NCBI GenBank assembly: GCA_965644315.1
Contig: CBFFRQ010000019.1
Coordinates: 248,001 to 312,000 of the forward strand
Length of the DNA stretch: 64,000 nt
Reading direction: 5' to 3'
Source: Caecitellus pseudoparvulus
Lineage: Eukaryota; Protista; Bigyra: Bicosoecida
The position numbers and the translations under genes were made by a program. The first letter of the stretch is position 1. The number at the start of each line of letters is the position of its first letter. Below are positions 43,393-55,113 of the stretch, in pieces. The notes beneath the pieces are model-generated. The model had not been told where the DNA came from. It searched no databases and saw nothing but the letters and a program-made list of their open reading frames with translations.

Positions 43393-45706
43393 TCAGCCCT
43401 CTTCCACACTCACGACACCTTCGCCTAGGTCCAGTGCCGCGCGATCACCCCCAGCAGGTGACGCAGTTGAGGTTGGCATCTTGCCTGCCACCGCAGCAGC
43501 CATGGCTTCCATGCCTTGGGCTGAGTGAGTTCGGGACATGGCTGCAGCCATAATGTCCTCGGCAGTGCCTGGGTAAAGCGCATTCAGCAACTTGTAGCCT
43601 TTGTACTGCAGGGTGTGGTCATCAGGCTGCGCTTCAAGCGCTCTGCGAACGTTGGCTGCAAGGTTGGGCGTCTCCCGCACAGCTTGGATGGTGTCAGGCT
43701 CTGCGGTGGTGAGGTTGTGCAGCGCTCGCACGCCAGCCTCTTGGACGTCCTTGTTGGTGGAAGACTTGGACATGGCATCCACAATGATTGCGTGCCCACC
43801 TTGCTCAACGACGTCAGACGAAAACACCTTGTCTGAGCCCACTCGATCCAGCACACGAATGCCCTGCAGCGCCACAGTGTCGTCCCAAATGTGCTTGCGC
43901 ACTGCGAGCACCACCATCGCACAGCCCTTGTAGCCCTGAAACTCTACACGTTGATCGGCTGCGTGATAGAGCAGGGAGGGCTTATTTCGAGGGTTGAAGC
44001 CTCTGTGCAGGGCGTGGCGCACGTACCTGTGTCTAGCATTGTGGACAGAGCATCCAAGATCCAGCCGACCGCCTCTGCGGAGCGCAAGCGCTCCAAGAGA
44101 AAGCGCATGAGCGCCTTAATACCACGCTGGGCCACTCGGGCAACCTGGTCACTGACCCCGTGGACTCCATGCAGGGTCCCCCTGGCCAGCTCCACTGCAC
44201 GGCCTGAGAGCACTGCATCTCTCAGGCGGGCCCAGAGCGAGCGCTTGGCAGCGTATTTCGCGCTTTCCTCCAGCTCCTCGGGCGTGAGGGACCGAAGCTG
44301 CCCAAGCAACATCTGCCCTCTGTACTGCAGTTGGCCGTCGTGGGGGTTGGTCTCCAGCACGTGCAAGAGCAAGGCTTCTGCCCCAAGCCCCACGCAAGTG
44401 ATGGTGTTGGGTCGACTGCCCTGGATCAAAATGGCCATGCAGCGCACGCCAGCGACCTGCACCTGGTACTCCTCACGGTTTGCACGCATGCCGTCGACGA
44501 GGGCAGCCATCCCTCCCTTCTGACCCATTTCTTCACCTGGAGTGGGCGTGGGCAGGGGAGGTTTTGGGGTGGCTGGGGTGCGTCAGGAGACGGAAGGTTC
44601 ACGCACGGAACTGTCCAGCAAGCCCACTGAGTGTGTTAAAGGCCTTGCTTTGCACCATTGGTTGCCAGAGGAAGTTGCGCATGGCGCGCAGCAGGGCCTT
44701 GAAGCCTCCCTTTTCGAAGAGCTCCCGTTGCACCACCTCTGCGAAAGCGTGGCAAGCAGAGTTCGGCTCTGAAGGGCAGACGCGAAGCGGCCACCGTACC
44801 GTTCCCCGCACAAAGGCCCGTCAGTCCATCACAGCACCACCATAAAACCTCGGGTTCTGGCAGAGGAGGGCGTTGGCAAGCGGCAAGGTGCCGTGAAGCG
44901 AGCACTTGCGGGCTGCGGCGTGGTGGGTGTCACTCACTGTTGCTGTAGTCCTTCATCAACTGCAGCACCGCATCGACGCCGTCGTCGGTGGCCTTCAGAA
45001 CCATGGCTTTGATATCTTCCTCTGTCATGACTTGTGTCCCAGGGCTCACTGGTGTGGCGCCATCCATGACGGCTGCTGCCACGGCTTCCACCACACCCAC
45101 TTCGTCTCCATCGTCTACCCGAGTCAGGCGTCTCCCACGAGTGGCTGCAGAGACACCCTCCACCTTCCTGGAGTCAGTCGTGCTGCTTCCCTGGGAAAGA
45201 GGCGTTTCGGTGGACGTGATTGCCTTGAACTCAGTGCGCTGCTGACCAGGGACTGGCGCAGCTGAGCGTTTCGGGGTGTTGTGCAACAGCAGCAGCAGTG
45301 CGGCAGGGCCATGCCTAGGGGAGGTCAAGTACAAGACTCAAGGCACAGACCAGGGTGTACTGTTCACATGGGAGGTGCCTGACACCGAAGAGCTGGACGA
45401 GCACCCTTCCAATAGCTCCGCGCAAGGTGTGCCGCTCAGCGACACCGTTTCAACACTCACACCAGCCCTGCCGTCCATGTCTTGCTTCGCGGACGGCTGC
45501 TCGTTTCCAGACGAGGGCCTTGGCCTAGAGCCCCGGTCAGACTTTGAAGTTTCACCACTCTCCGGTTTTACCTGCCAGCCTGAGCTGGGGGAGTCGGCAG
45601 AGGATGGGCTGGGGGCCACCTTGCGGGAGCTGCCTTGGGACACGAGTGGCTTTTTGGCGGCCTGATCGCTTGCTTCTGCGGAGCTCTTGCTTCCTGAGCA
45701 ACCCAT
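43393..45706 (-). CDS. N-myristoylated armadillo-repeat protein, multi-exon
   Basis: Starts 'MGCSGSKS'. ARM-like repeats across several ORFs separated by introns: 'GGFKALLRAMRNF', 'GGMAALVDGMRAN...QVAGVRCMAIL', 'GGHAIIVDAMSK...VQEAGVRALHNL'. Confidence 0.65.
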
Positions 45707-46229
45707 GTTGAAGCAAAATACACTTCAGCCGAGTTGCCTTGCCGTCAATGCTGCTGCAGCGCAGGTGTGTGTGTTGTGAACTGCGAGCAGCTGGAGAGTG
45801 AGTGCGCGATTTCCGCAAGCCCCACTTTGCTTGCGGAGCCCAGCGCCTGGGGCGAACCACGCTGTAACTCAGCCTACGTGGACACTGGATCAAGGATAAG
45901 TGACAGCAGGGTTTTGTGCACGCTGATGTACCGCCATTGGGTGACCTACATCGCTGATTGCCCCTCGTCAGCTGCTTGATCAAGCTGTACGTCGTCCTGT
46001 CGTCCAGCACTCACGCGCGGCCTGCAATATCCCCTTTGCGTTTCACCTTACTGTCTGCACACCGCACCTATGAATGGCTGCGAGGCAGGTGCTTACCTCG
46101 TGCTGGTTGAGCCTCTCGAACTGTGGGCCAGGTTTTTCGTGAGGGTGCAGGCTTCTGCCGCATCTTGGTGCTTTCCTAGGGCAGCGTGTGGTGTCAGAAG
46201 GCAGACTGCCAGCCCACCCAGCAAGAATC

Positions 46230-48094
46230 ATGTCGGACAAGGTGCCTTTTTTCGTGCGCCTGAAGGAGCGCTGTGAGGAGGTTGATTCGCTGCTGTGTGT
46301 CGGCTTGGATCCCCGTCCGAGCCAGCTGCCGAGCAACACAGCATCTGCTGCTGAGGAGTGGTGCAAGGCCATCATTGATGCGACGGCGCCGTTCGTGGCA
46401 GCGTTTAAACCTAACGCAGCATTTTTCGAGGCCTGGGGTGCACCGGGCTTCAAAGCGCTGCGAAACGTGAGCACTTTGCCCGTGATGCCGAATCAATTTC
46501 CGCAAGCATCACGTGAATCTGCGGAGCTCTTGATGCGCAGGTCATCAAGTACGTGCCAGACGACATCCCAGTACTTCTGGACGTGAAGCGAGGTGACATT
46601 GGCTCAACATCAGCAGCATATGCTCAATCTGCCTTCGATGGGTTGGGTGCAGACGCTGTCACACTGTCTCCATACATGGGACGAGACAGCATCAGTCCAT
46701 TCCAACGCCCAGGCAAGGGCATGTTTGTCCTGTGCAAGACATCAAACCCGGGATCCAACGATGTCCAGACCCTTGCGCTGTCTGGAAGTGGTGCAGGGAC
46801 TGTGTTCGAGGCTGTGGCAGCAGCAGCGCCCACGTGGGGGAGCCCTGGTTCAATTGGGCTAGTCGTCGGGGCCACTGACGGCAACGCGCTACAGCGGGCT
46901 CGATTGGCAGCTCCTCCAGGCACTTGGATCCTTGCACCAGGTGTTGGCGCCCAGGGTGGATGCCTGTATGACGTTGTGCGGCTGGGGGCAGAGGTGTCAG
47001 AGGCGGGGGCGGTCGGCAGTGTGCTGGTGCCCATCTCGCGTGCCATCACCAACGTTGCCGATGGCAACTGGGCAGCAGCTGCGCACAAGTTCAGGGACGA
47101 ACTGCGCGGGGCCTGTGCAGCTGTGAGGCAGGGAAGCAGTGCGGCACGGCCTATTGCCAGCCACAGTGCGCGCTTCCTTCAGCTCGCACTGCAGCACGAC
47201 GTGCTGCGCTTCGGCAGTTTCACGCTCAAATCAGGGCGTGTATCGCCGTACTTTTTCAATGCTGGCTTGTTTCGCACGGGGTCTGCTGTGCTGACGTTGG
47301 GGGAGGTGTACGCAGCTGGCATTTTAGCGACGCCAGCACTGGCCAGCGTAGGGTCCGGGAGACGCGCAACCGAGTCTGGCTTTGCCTTTGACGTGCTGTT
47401 TGGCCCAGCATACAAAGGGATACCCCTAGTCACGGCGACAGGAGCAGCCCTGGCCTCCACGGGGCACGATTTCCCGCTCGCGTACGACCGGAAAGAGGCG
47501 AAGGATCATGGGGAAGGCGGCAGGCTCGTTGGCGCGCCCGTCGCCGGCAAGCGTGTCCTGATCCTTGACGACGTCATGTCGGCTGGGACAGCTGTTCGGC
47601 AGAGTATTGCTTTGCTGCGCGAGGCGGGGGCCATAATCGCTGGCGTTGTCGTGGGCCTGGATCGCCAAGAGATCGGCTCCGGGCACAGCCCGTCGTCTGC
47701 TGTGCAGGAAGTGTCTTCAGAGTTTGGCATTCCCGTTGTGGCGCTTTCAACCTTGCATGACCTCATGTACTTTGTGGCAAATGCCCCGGCAGGCACGCCT
47801 GCTGCCCAGGCGGTGGCGGGTGCTGGCGATGACCTCTTGCACCGCATGCACGCGTACCAGGCAAGGTACTGCGTGGGTGGAGCAGGCACGGCCCTTGCAC
47901 CTGCCCCCAAAGAAGACCCACAGCCAGTGCCCGCTGTAGCCACGCAATCACCGACCCCTCAGTGTGCTTCCAAGGCGAAGTCTCGCATTCCTCTCCTTGC
48001 TGTGGTTGGCATCGCAGCTGCAGCTGCCGTGGTGGCATTCGCAGCGAAGCGGCAGACCACGAAGCAAGGACAGGGGACTGCCGGCTCTCTCTGA
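46230..48094 (+). CDS. UMPS: UMP synthase, inverse fusion (OMP decarboxylase N-terminal, orotate PRTase C-terminal) with hydrophobic C-tail; intron 46467-46540
   Basis: OMPDC motifs: 'LLCVGLDP', 'AFKPNAAFFE', 'LDVKRGDIGST', 'WILAPGVGAQGG'. OPRT motifs: 'FGSFTLKSGRVSPYFFN', 'LFGPAYKGIPL', 'RKEAKDHGEGG', 'LILDDVMSAGTA'. Confidence 0.93.
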
Positions 48095-48216
48095 CCATGA
48101 AATGCACCTTGGACGCACTGAATCTGTTTGAATGGAAGGGCCACGTTGGGGATGGCATGAAGTGTGAATTTGCACGGTGGACCCGGTGGAAATCCAGAGG
48201 CGGGCATGTGCGCAAC

Positions 48217-48648
48217 TCACATCAGCTCGCGAGCAGCGGCAATGCTGGCAGCTCCCAGCACAATCTCAACTCCTGCCGCGTGCAGGATGCCCACAGCAGG
48301 CCGGACTTTTTCGTTTGTGAAGTACTCCAAGGTGCCAAGCGCTGCCATGCCCAGCAAGCCAGCAGCACCAACTCCAGTGGCCACGAGCTGCGGCGCTCGC
48401 TCCCCACGCTTAAGCAGCGCAAAGCTTGTGGCGTTGAAGGCCCCGTACACGCACGCCAGCACGCCTGCCCGGCGTGCCATGAGCTTCGCCCCCTTGTCGC
48501 AGCCAGCCCCAAACCATGTCAACACGATGGATGGCTTGAGGATGAGACTGATGCCCACGGTAGACACGACTGCAGCAGTTGCTACAGTCACCGACTGCAC
48601 GCTGCTCAAGTCACCATCTTGTGCTAGCTTGGCGGAGTGGCTCGACAT
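48217..48648 (-). CDS. Small hypothetical membrane protein (~4 TM helices)
   Basis: 143-aa ORF with four hydrophobic Gly/Ala/Val/Leu segments. Confidence 0.55.
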   Translation of the reverse strand: MSSHSAKLAQDGDLSSVQSVTVATAAVVSTVGISLILKPSIVLTWFGAGCDKGAKLMARRAGVLACVYGAFNATSFALLKRGERAPQLVATGVGAAGLLGMAALGTLEYFTNEKVRPAVGILHAAGVEIVLGAASIAAARELM

Positions 48649-49218
48649 AGCCTGTGGCGCCAGTGGCTCGCATTGGTCCACGAGGGCGGGTCCCTGGTGC
48701 AAAGCAAATTCGTGCCCGGCGAGGCGACACGCACGTCTGTCATGGTGATCTTAAGCAGCCCCTTCCTGGGGCAATGATCCTGCACCGATCAAATGCAGGG
48801 GCGCTGCGTCACTGTGAAGCTGCATTGGGGCGGGTGTCGGATCAAGTTCCCGCACATTTCCGAGCGGGCAAGGGCCGGAAAACATGCGCAGCAACCAATC
48901 GGACTCACATGCAAAGCCGGAGCTGTTCGTGTGGTGGAAAATGCGGCCTTGCTTGGCCGCGTTTTGTTGGAGCATCAGCGCATGCGGGATCTGGGATTTG
49001 GATCTGCTCAGTAGTTGTTGCGAGGTCCCAACCCTTGCACCACCCCCCTATTCTGGTCTGAAGCCACGCATCACCACGCCTAGTTTCGGCCAGCAAACTG
49101 GGCCATAAACGAGATAGTCAGACCTTGGAAGCCAGGTCCCCACCTGCAGGGCAAGTCTGAGTCCGATATGCGAGGCGCAGATCCCCAGCTGCAGCCCACG
49201 CGGCCTGTGTTTGGTAGG

Positions 49219-51239
49219 CTACGTGGACAGTGTGGTCAAGGTGATGCGGCGCTTGTTTCCCTTGGCTTGTGGCTGGGCATCTTGAGCTGCCGCCGGGCCT
49301 TCCGTGGCAGGCAGTGGCCGCTTGGTACCTCCGAGGGACTGTGACTGCTTGTCTGGTGCACCACTCTGTGCTGCTGCGGTGCTGGCCTCCGTAGCAGCTG
49401 CGGCAGCAGCTGGGGCGGCCTTTGATGCGGCAGGCTTGGGCCCCGGGGCAGCTCCTGCCCACACTGCTTCTTCTGCCAGGCGCACTTTGTCCAGCCACGC
49501 AGCCTCTGCTGCAGTGCGAGCTACAGGCAGCAGCTGCATGTGCCTCGGCTGAGCAGAACGGGGGAGGGCCTGCCCCAGTTCGTTGTCAGTGCCGGCAGGC
49601 TCACCGTCTTGGCCGCTGCGCCTGAAGTTCAAGACTGACACGCAGCCATCAATGCTGGAGACGAGGAGCAGGCCACCATCTCGGCTCCATGCCATGTCGG
49701 TCAGCTTCTCGAAGTGGTGGTTGGCTGCCGCTGCTACGGGGGCGGCATGCTCACTGTCGTACACGAACACGCTCTCCAGCGTGCCCACCGCCCAAACGCA
49801 GCGGTGGGGGAACCGCAGGGGGGAAATATCTTCGACCGGGTACGCCCCTTCCAGCGCACTGCCGCCGCCACCACTCCCGCTCGTTTTTTCGCCACCTGCC
49901 GCCCCTGCCTTGCTGTGCGTGAGGCCTTGCTCGTTGGCAAACAGCACAGGGCAGGCGCGGGAGATGATGGAGGGGGACGGCAGTCCTCCCAACTGCAAGG
50001 CCGGCGCGCCCCACTGCCCCCGCAAGTACACGTGTGTGACGTACTCTGGCTCACTCCGACTGCTGGACGGAGCCATGCCGGCAGGCGCCACCAGCAAGGC
50101 ACCATCGGCAGTCCAGCAGGGCCGTCTGAAAAAGGAGGGCACTTGCTCATCAAGGAACAGCGTGCCCTTTGCGGCACTCCCCTCCGCCGCGTCACCTGCC
50201 TCCCACTCCACAGTGCGGCAGGTGGCCGCAAGCTCCAAGGCCTTGTCCTTCTTGCGCGTGGGGCGCAGGGAGAGACCCATGAAGTTCTGCTGCTGCAGAC
50301 CAGGCGGCGCGCCAGGCACTTGCTGGGGCAGGCCGCTGCCATCTGGGGGGTTGGCAGCGACCTTCCGCTCACGGGCAGCGCCCAGCACTTCGTGCATCCA
50401 CCCCGGGACTTTGCGGGTGTGCACACGCAGGGTGCGGTCATTGCCCAGCGTAGCCAGGTGGGCACCTGCGGGATCCCACGCGACGCCCGTGACGAAGTGC
50501 GAGTGCTGTGTGATGGTGTTGGACAGCTCTGGGCGTGGGGGCTCCGAAGCACCCAGCAGCGTGGCTCGCCGCTTGGGCACGACGTCCCACACGTAGCATG
50601 AGTTGTCCACGCTGCCACACATGAGAGATGCAGAGTCAGGGGACCAAGCCAAGTCATACACCTCCCCCATTTTCCTGCGCGTGGCAGTGTGGGGTTGTGG
50701 TGTGGGTGTCGGGTTGTGCTGGGTGGCGGCGCCAGCACGCACCTGAGCACCGTGCGTGAGACATCCTTTCGAGACTTGACGTCAGCCCATGACGAGATGT
50801 GAGGATGCAAGGTCCAAATGATCACCGCCTCATCGCCCCCCGCGCTGGCGAGGGCCATGCCTGTGTGGGACAGCGGTGGGCGTGGTTGCGCTCTGCCTTC
50901 CGTTGCAAGCCAGGCACAGGAGGCACGCACCGTCTGGGGAAAACCGCACAGCATTGACGCCCTTCATGTGGCCTTCGAGACTTGCGATGAAATCCACAGA
51001 CACAGAGCCTGCGTCATCTTCCTTAATGCGCCAAATCTGCGGCGTAGCGGTGCAGGGAGAGCTGTGGAAGAGGCTTCAAATCCCGCACGTGCAGGCCAGA
51101 CTTCCCGCACCTTCACCTCCTTGTCGGCACCTCCTGAGGCAAGCAGTCGGTCAAAGGTGAAGTCAATGGACATGACTGGGTCGCTCTTCCCCTTGTCATT
51201 CGCGGTGTGCCACAGCACCTCCAACACCTGCACTTTCAT
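49219..51239 (-). CDS. CHAF1B: Chromatin assembly factor 1 subunit B (p60/Cac2/FAS2); three introns
   Basis: 'MKVQVLEVLWH...LASGGADKEVK|IWRI...LEGHMKGVNAVRFSPDG', 'HSHFVTGVAWDP', 'SFFRRPCWTADGALLVAPAG', and the C-terminal Asf1-binding B-domain 'KRRITLT'. Confidence 0.9.
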
Positions 51240-51527
51240 GGCAACCTGGGTGTGCACGGGCAGAGCAAGCAGACGAGGCAGGCGCGAGGGCCCAATTCCT
51301 TCGAGGGGCAAGGGGCGCATGCGCCGACTACCAAGGCCACAAGAAACCCTGAACTGTTAGGGCGCTGGGCGTAGGTTGCAAATTGGCCCTGGTAGTTTCA
51401 GGCCTGAGGCAGCGCCGTGCCGGTGCTGGCGGGCAGCTTTGCGAGACAGCCACAACGCCGCACCTTGCAGGCTCACCGAGTAGTACTTGGGGTCACAAGG
51501 CTGCCTCATGGCTGGCATGGCATGCAT

Positions 51528-52194
51528 TCACTGGCGCTTCTTGCCCTGGCTGGCCCCCTTGGGGTGCAGTGGCCCAGCACAGACGTCTGGGTCGAACATG
51601 TGGTCGCGAGCCGCAGCGCGCCACGCGATAAGGGCTGGCACGGCGAGGTACGGGAAGTAGATGGCCGAGAGGAAGACGCGCTGGTTGAAGTTTGTGAAGA
51701 GCACGGTGGGGCCGGTGTTCGTGAGGAAGTCGCCCAGGATGGGCACGAGGGTGGTGGCCGTGTGCACGCCGTAGGCGAGGGCTGGCAGGCGGATCCAGGC
51801 AGCTTTCTTCCACCACGCCACCAGGGCCACGAAGAAGAACGGCAGCTGGAGGAGCAGCTCCCCCCACAGGAGGGTTTTGAACCAGGCCGGCGCCAAGGCC
51901 GGGTTGGCCAGGTGGTCCTTGTACTCGGCAGCGTACCAGGCGCCCACCTCCTTCATGAAGGGTGGGATGAGTACGTCTCCAAGTGGTGTGTCAACCAAGA
52001 TGCTCTGCGTGTCAAGGAGCGCCTGCACGACAAGCGAGGGCGTGCGAAGTGAGAGCAGCCAGTGCAAGGAGCGTGCCAGTCGGCCGCTCAGGTTCGAGGC
52101 AGCTTCACGTCGCTGGGCGCACCGTGATGGGGATATGGGTGAGGAAGAAGATGAAGACCACCCAGTCGAACAGGTCCCAGCGCGGGTTCACCAT
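51528..52194 (-). CDS. TMEM97: TMEM97/sigma-2 receptor-like EXPERA-domain protein; one intron
   Basis: 'DWVVFIFFLTHIPIT|ALLDTQ', 'WFKTLLWGELLLQLPFF', 'PALAYGVHTATT', 'YFPYLAVP', and C-terminal KKxx (KKRQ*). Confidence 0.85.
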
Positions 52195-52437
52195 GGTGGC
52201 AGAGAGTGTGCTGGCTTGTTGCGGAATTCGAGTCCAAGCCAAGGCAAGCTCAGAAGCACAACGGGTGCAACATTCAAACCCCTCGCATGCAAAGACCCTG
52301 CAGCCGTGTGGTGTCTTAAGTCTGTGCGATTTGAATCTCGCCGCTGGGAAAGTGCACCTCCAGCTCGTGCCGACGCCGTTTCCAGCCGCAGGCCAGCGTT
52401 TCACGCAGGCAGCCCCACAAGACAGTCAACCAACACA

Positions 52438-54423
52438 ATGGCAGCTGCCGCCCCCGCAAGTGGCGCAGGCACCTCCAAGTCTGGCGAAGGTTCCTTCAAG
52501 GATGACAGCAAGCAAGCAGATGTTCGCCTGAGCAACATCGTGGCAGCCAAGGGTGAGTGGGCGGCCCAGTGCCGTTGCAAGGGCAGCTGCCAATGGCAGT
52601 TGTACGTACGGGGTTATCAGGAAGGCTGCCCGCCGCGTGCGTTCACGCCCTATTCCGTCGATTCCTCACGTTGACGTTGTTTTGACCTCTGCAGCTGTTG
52701 CTGATGCTGTGCGCACCAGCCTGGGCCCCAAGGGCATGGACAAGATGATTCAGGTAGGTGCCGGAGACGAAACGCCAGCCCCCCAGCAGGCGCCACGCCC
52801 AGCGGGCTGCGCTGCCGAGAGAGGGCCGCAGGAAGCAGGCCTTCCATGTCTCATCGCTGTCAAGTCTGCGCACGCCTCCTGTGACGTCACCCCCGACGCT
52901 TGTCGCTGTGCACAGGGCAAGGACGGCGAGGTCATCATCACAAACGACGGCGCCACCATCCTGAGCCACATGTCTGTGTTCCACCCCACCGCAAAGATGC
53001 TGGTGGAGCTGTCAAAGTCCCAGGACATCGAGGCGGGTGACGGCACCACCTCGGTTGTGGTCTTGTGCGGTTCCCTGCTGGATCAGTGCCAAGGTGCGTG
53101 GGCACTGTGGCGGCGCCGCGAGCCACGCTCCCTCCCATGCTCACCCCACCTTGCTGTGCAGGCCTCCTGGACAAGGGCATCCACCCTACCGTCATTTCAG
53201 ACGCGTATGGCCTGGCTGTGCGCAAGGCAGAGGAGGTGCTGACGCGCATCGCCACACCCGTGGACCTGGCTGACCGCGCCGAGCTGATCAAGGCTGCCAT
53301 CACCTCAATGTCCTCCAAGGTCATCTCCCAGAACAGCGACATGCTGGCGCCCCTGGCAGTGGACGCCGTCCTGGCCGTCACCGACGTGGAGGGCGCCACC
53401 AACGTGGACCTGGCCGACATCAAGGTGACCAAGGCGCTGGGCGGCACCATGGACGACACGGAGCTTGTGGAGGGGCTGGTGTTCAACCGCCGGGCGTCCC
53501 ACGTGGCAGGCGCGCCGTCCCGCGTGACGGACGCCAAGATCGGCCTCGTGCAGTTCTGCCTCTCGGCGCCCAAGACGGACATGGAGAACTCTGTGGTGGT
53601 GTCGGACTACACCCAGATGGACCGCATCCTGCAGGATGAGCGCAAGTACATCCTGGGCATGTGCAAGAAGATCAAGAAGTCCGGCTGCAACGTCCTGCTG
53701 GTGCAGAAGAGCATCCTGCGCGACGCCCTGAACGAGTGGTCCCTGCATTTCCTGGCCAAGCTTGGCATCATGGTCGTGCGGGATGTGGAGCGCGATGACA
53801 TCGAGTTCATCTCCAAGACCCTGGGCTGCAAGCCCATCGCCCACGTGGACCACATGACCCCCGACAAGCTCGGCTCTGCGGCCCTGGCAGAGGAGGTGTC
53901 TGTCGGCTCTGGGAACAAGGTCATCAAGATCACCGGCGTGGCCAACCCCGGCCGCACCGTGTCCCTCCTCGTCCGCGGCAGCAACAAGCTGGTGCTGGAC
54001 GAGACAGAGCGCTCCATCCACGACGCCCTCTGCGTCGTGCGCTCCATCGTCAAGCGCCGCTTCCTCATCACTGGCGGCGGCATCCCTGAGATCGAAGTGG
54101 CTCGCGAGCTGGCCTCGTGGAGCACAACGCTGCACGGGCAGGAGAGCTACTGCGTGCGCGCCTTCGCAGACGCGATGGAGATCATCCCATACACCCTGGC
54201 TGAGAACGCAGGCCTGCACCCCATCGAGATCGTGACAGAGCTGCGCAAGCGGCACGCGGAGGGCGACGTGACGGCAGGCATTAACGTGAAGCGTGGCGTC
54301 ATCTCAGACATCCACGCAATGGGCGTCATGCAGCCCCTGCTGGTGTCCATCTCAGCACTCACCCTGGCGACGGAGACTTGCAGGCTGATTTTGAAGATTG
54401 ATGACATGGTGGCAGGCCGGTGA
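52438..54423 (+). CDS. CCT4: T-complex protein 1 subunit delta; three introns
   Basis: '[31 protein letters not shown]', '[13 protein letters not shown]', '[13 protein letters not shown]', '[12 protein letters not shown]', '[11 protein letters not shown]'. Confidence 0.96.
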
Positions 54424-55113
54424 GAGCCGCCGGCGCCGCGCCCAGTCAATGCAGCACTCACACGCCGAGCGAGCGCGGCACAAGAAACGCTGTGCCTTCC
54501 CATTCCCTTGCTACACCTTCGAAGACGCACCCCGACGAGCAAGGCTGCGCGTTTGGGCCCACGTGGAAGGAGCACCTCCACCTTCGCGTGTATTGTGCTC
54601 AGTCAGGGGCGTGTGCGGCTGCGTGCCGCGCATTCTGGCGTTGTTGTTGGTCTTATGCAGTGCCAGGCACTCTGGCAGTGCGCCCACACCATGGCCCAAA
54701 CTGTGCCGCACGCCTGCTTGTCACGGCAAGTGGGCGCGGACTGCCAGAGCGACGTCAGTGGGAAAACATGGTTTCACCACGTCATTGCATGCCCCCCACA
54801 AGGGCCTTGGAGGCCGCTCAGGCAAGGTGCAGCGCCTCGGTTTCTGAGATGTCTGGAACGCGGAAATTGCGGCAGTTCGAAGCACCCCCCTTCAACGGCG
54901 GCCGAGGGCCCCTGGCCCAGCAGCACTTGCGCGCTGAACCGGAGGCAGCGCACGACCACTTCTTCTTGCCACGCGTCAGCTGCACCCGGCAGGAGGTGCC
55001 ACGGGTGTCTCCCGGCCTGTGTAGGTGCTGACTACGTCCAAGTGCAGTGCACCACGGAATGCAAACGCTGACCAGCTGGTACGCTGCCGCTTTCCATTGT
55101 TTCCGGCAGCGGC

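Noticed and set aside
48083-48094. UMPS C-terminal '-GSL' as a peroxisomal PTS1
   Set aside because: Does not fit the S/A/C-K/R/H-L consensus; the hydrophobic tail is the stronger signal.
54424-55113. ncRNA or tRNA in the longer intergenic gaps (also 40260-40930, 48650-49218, 63450-64000)
   Set aside because: No cloverleaf, box A/B or snoRNA box pattern was recognised; an Infernal or tRNAscan run would be needed.
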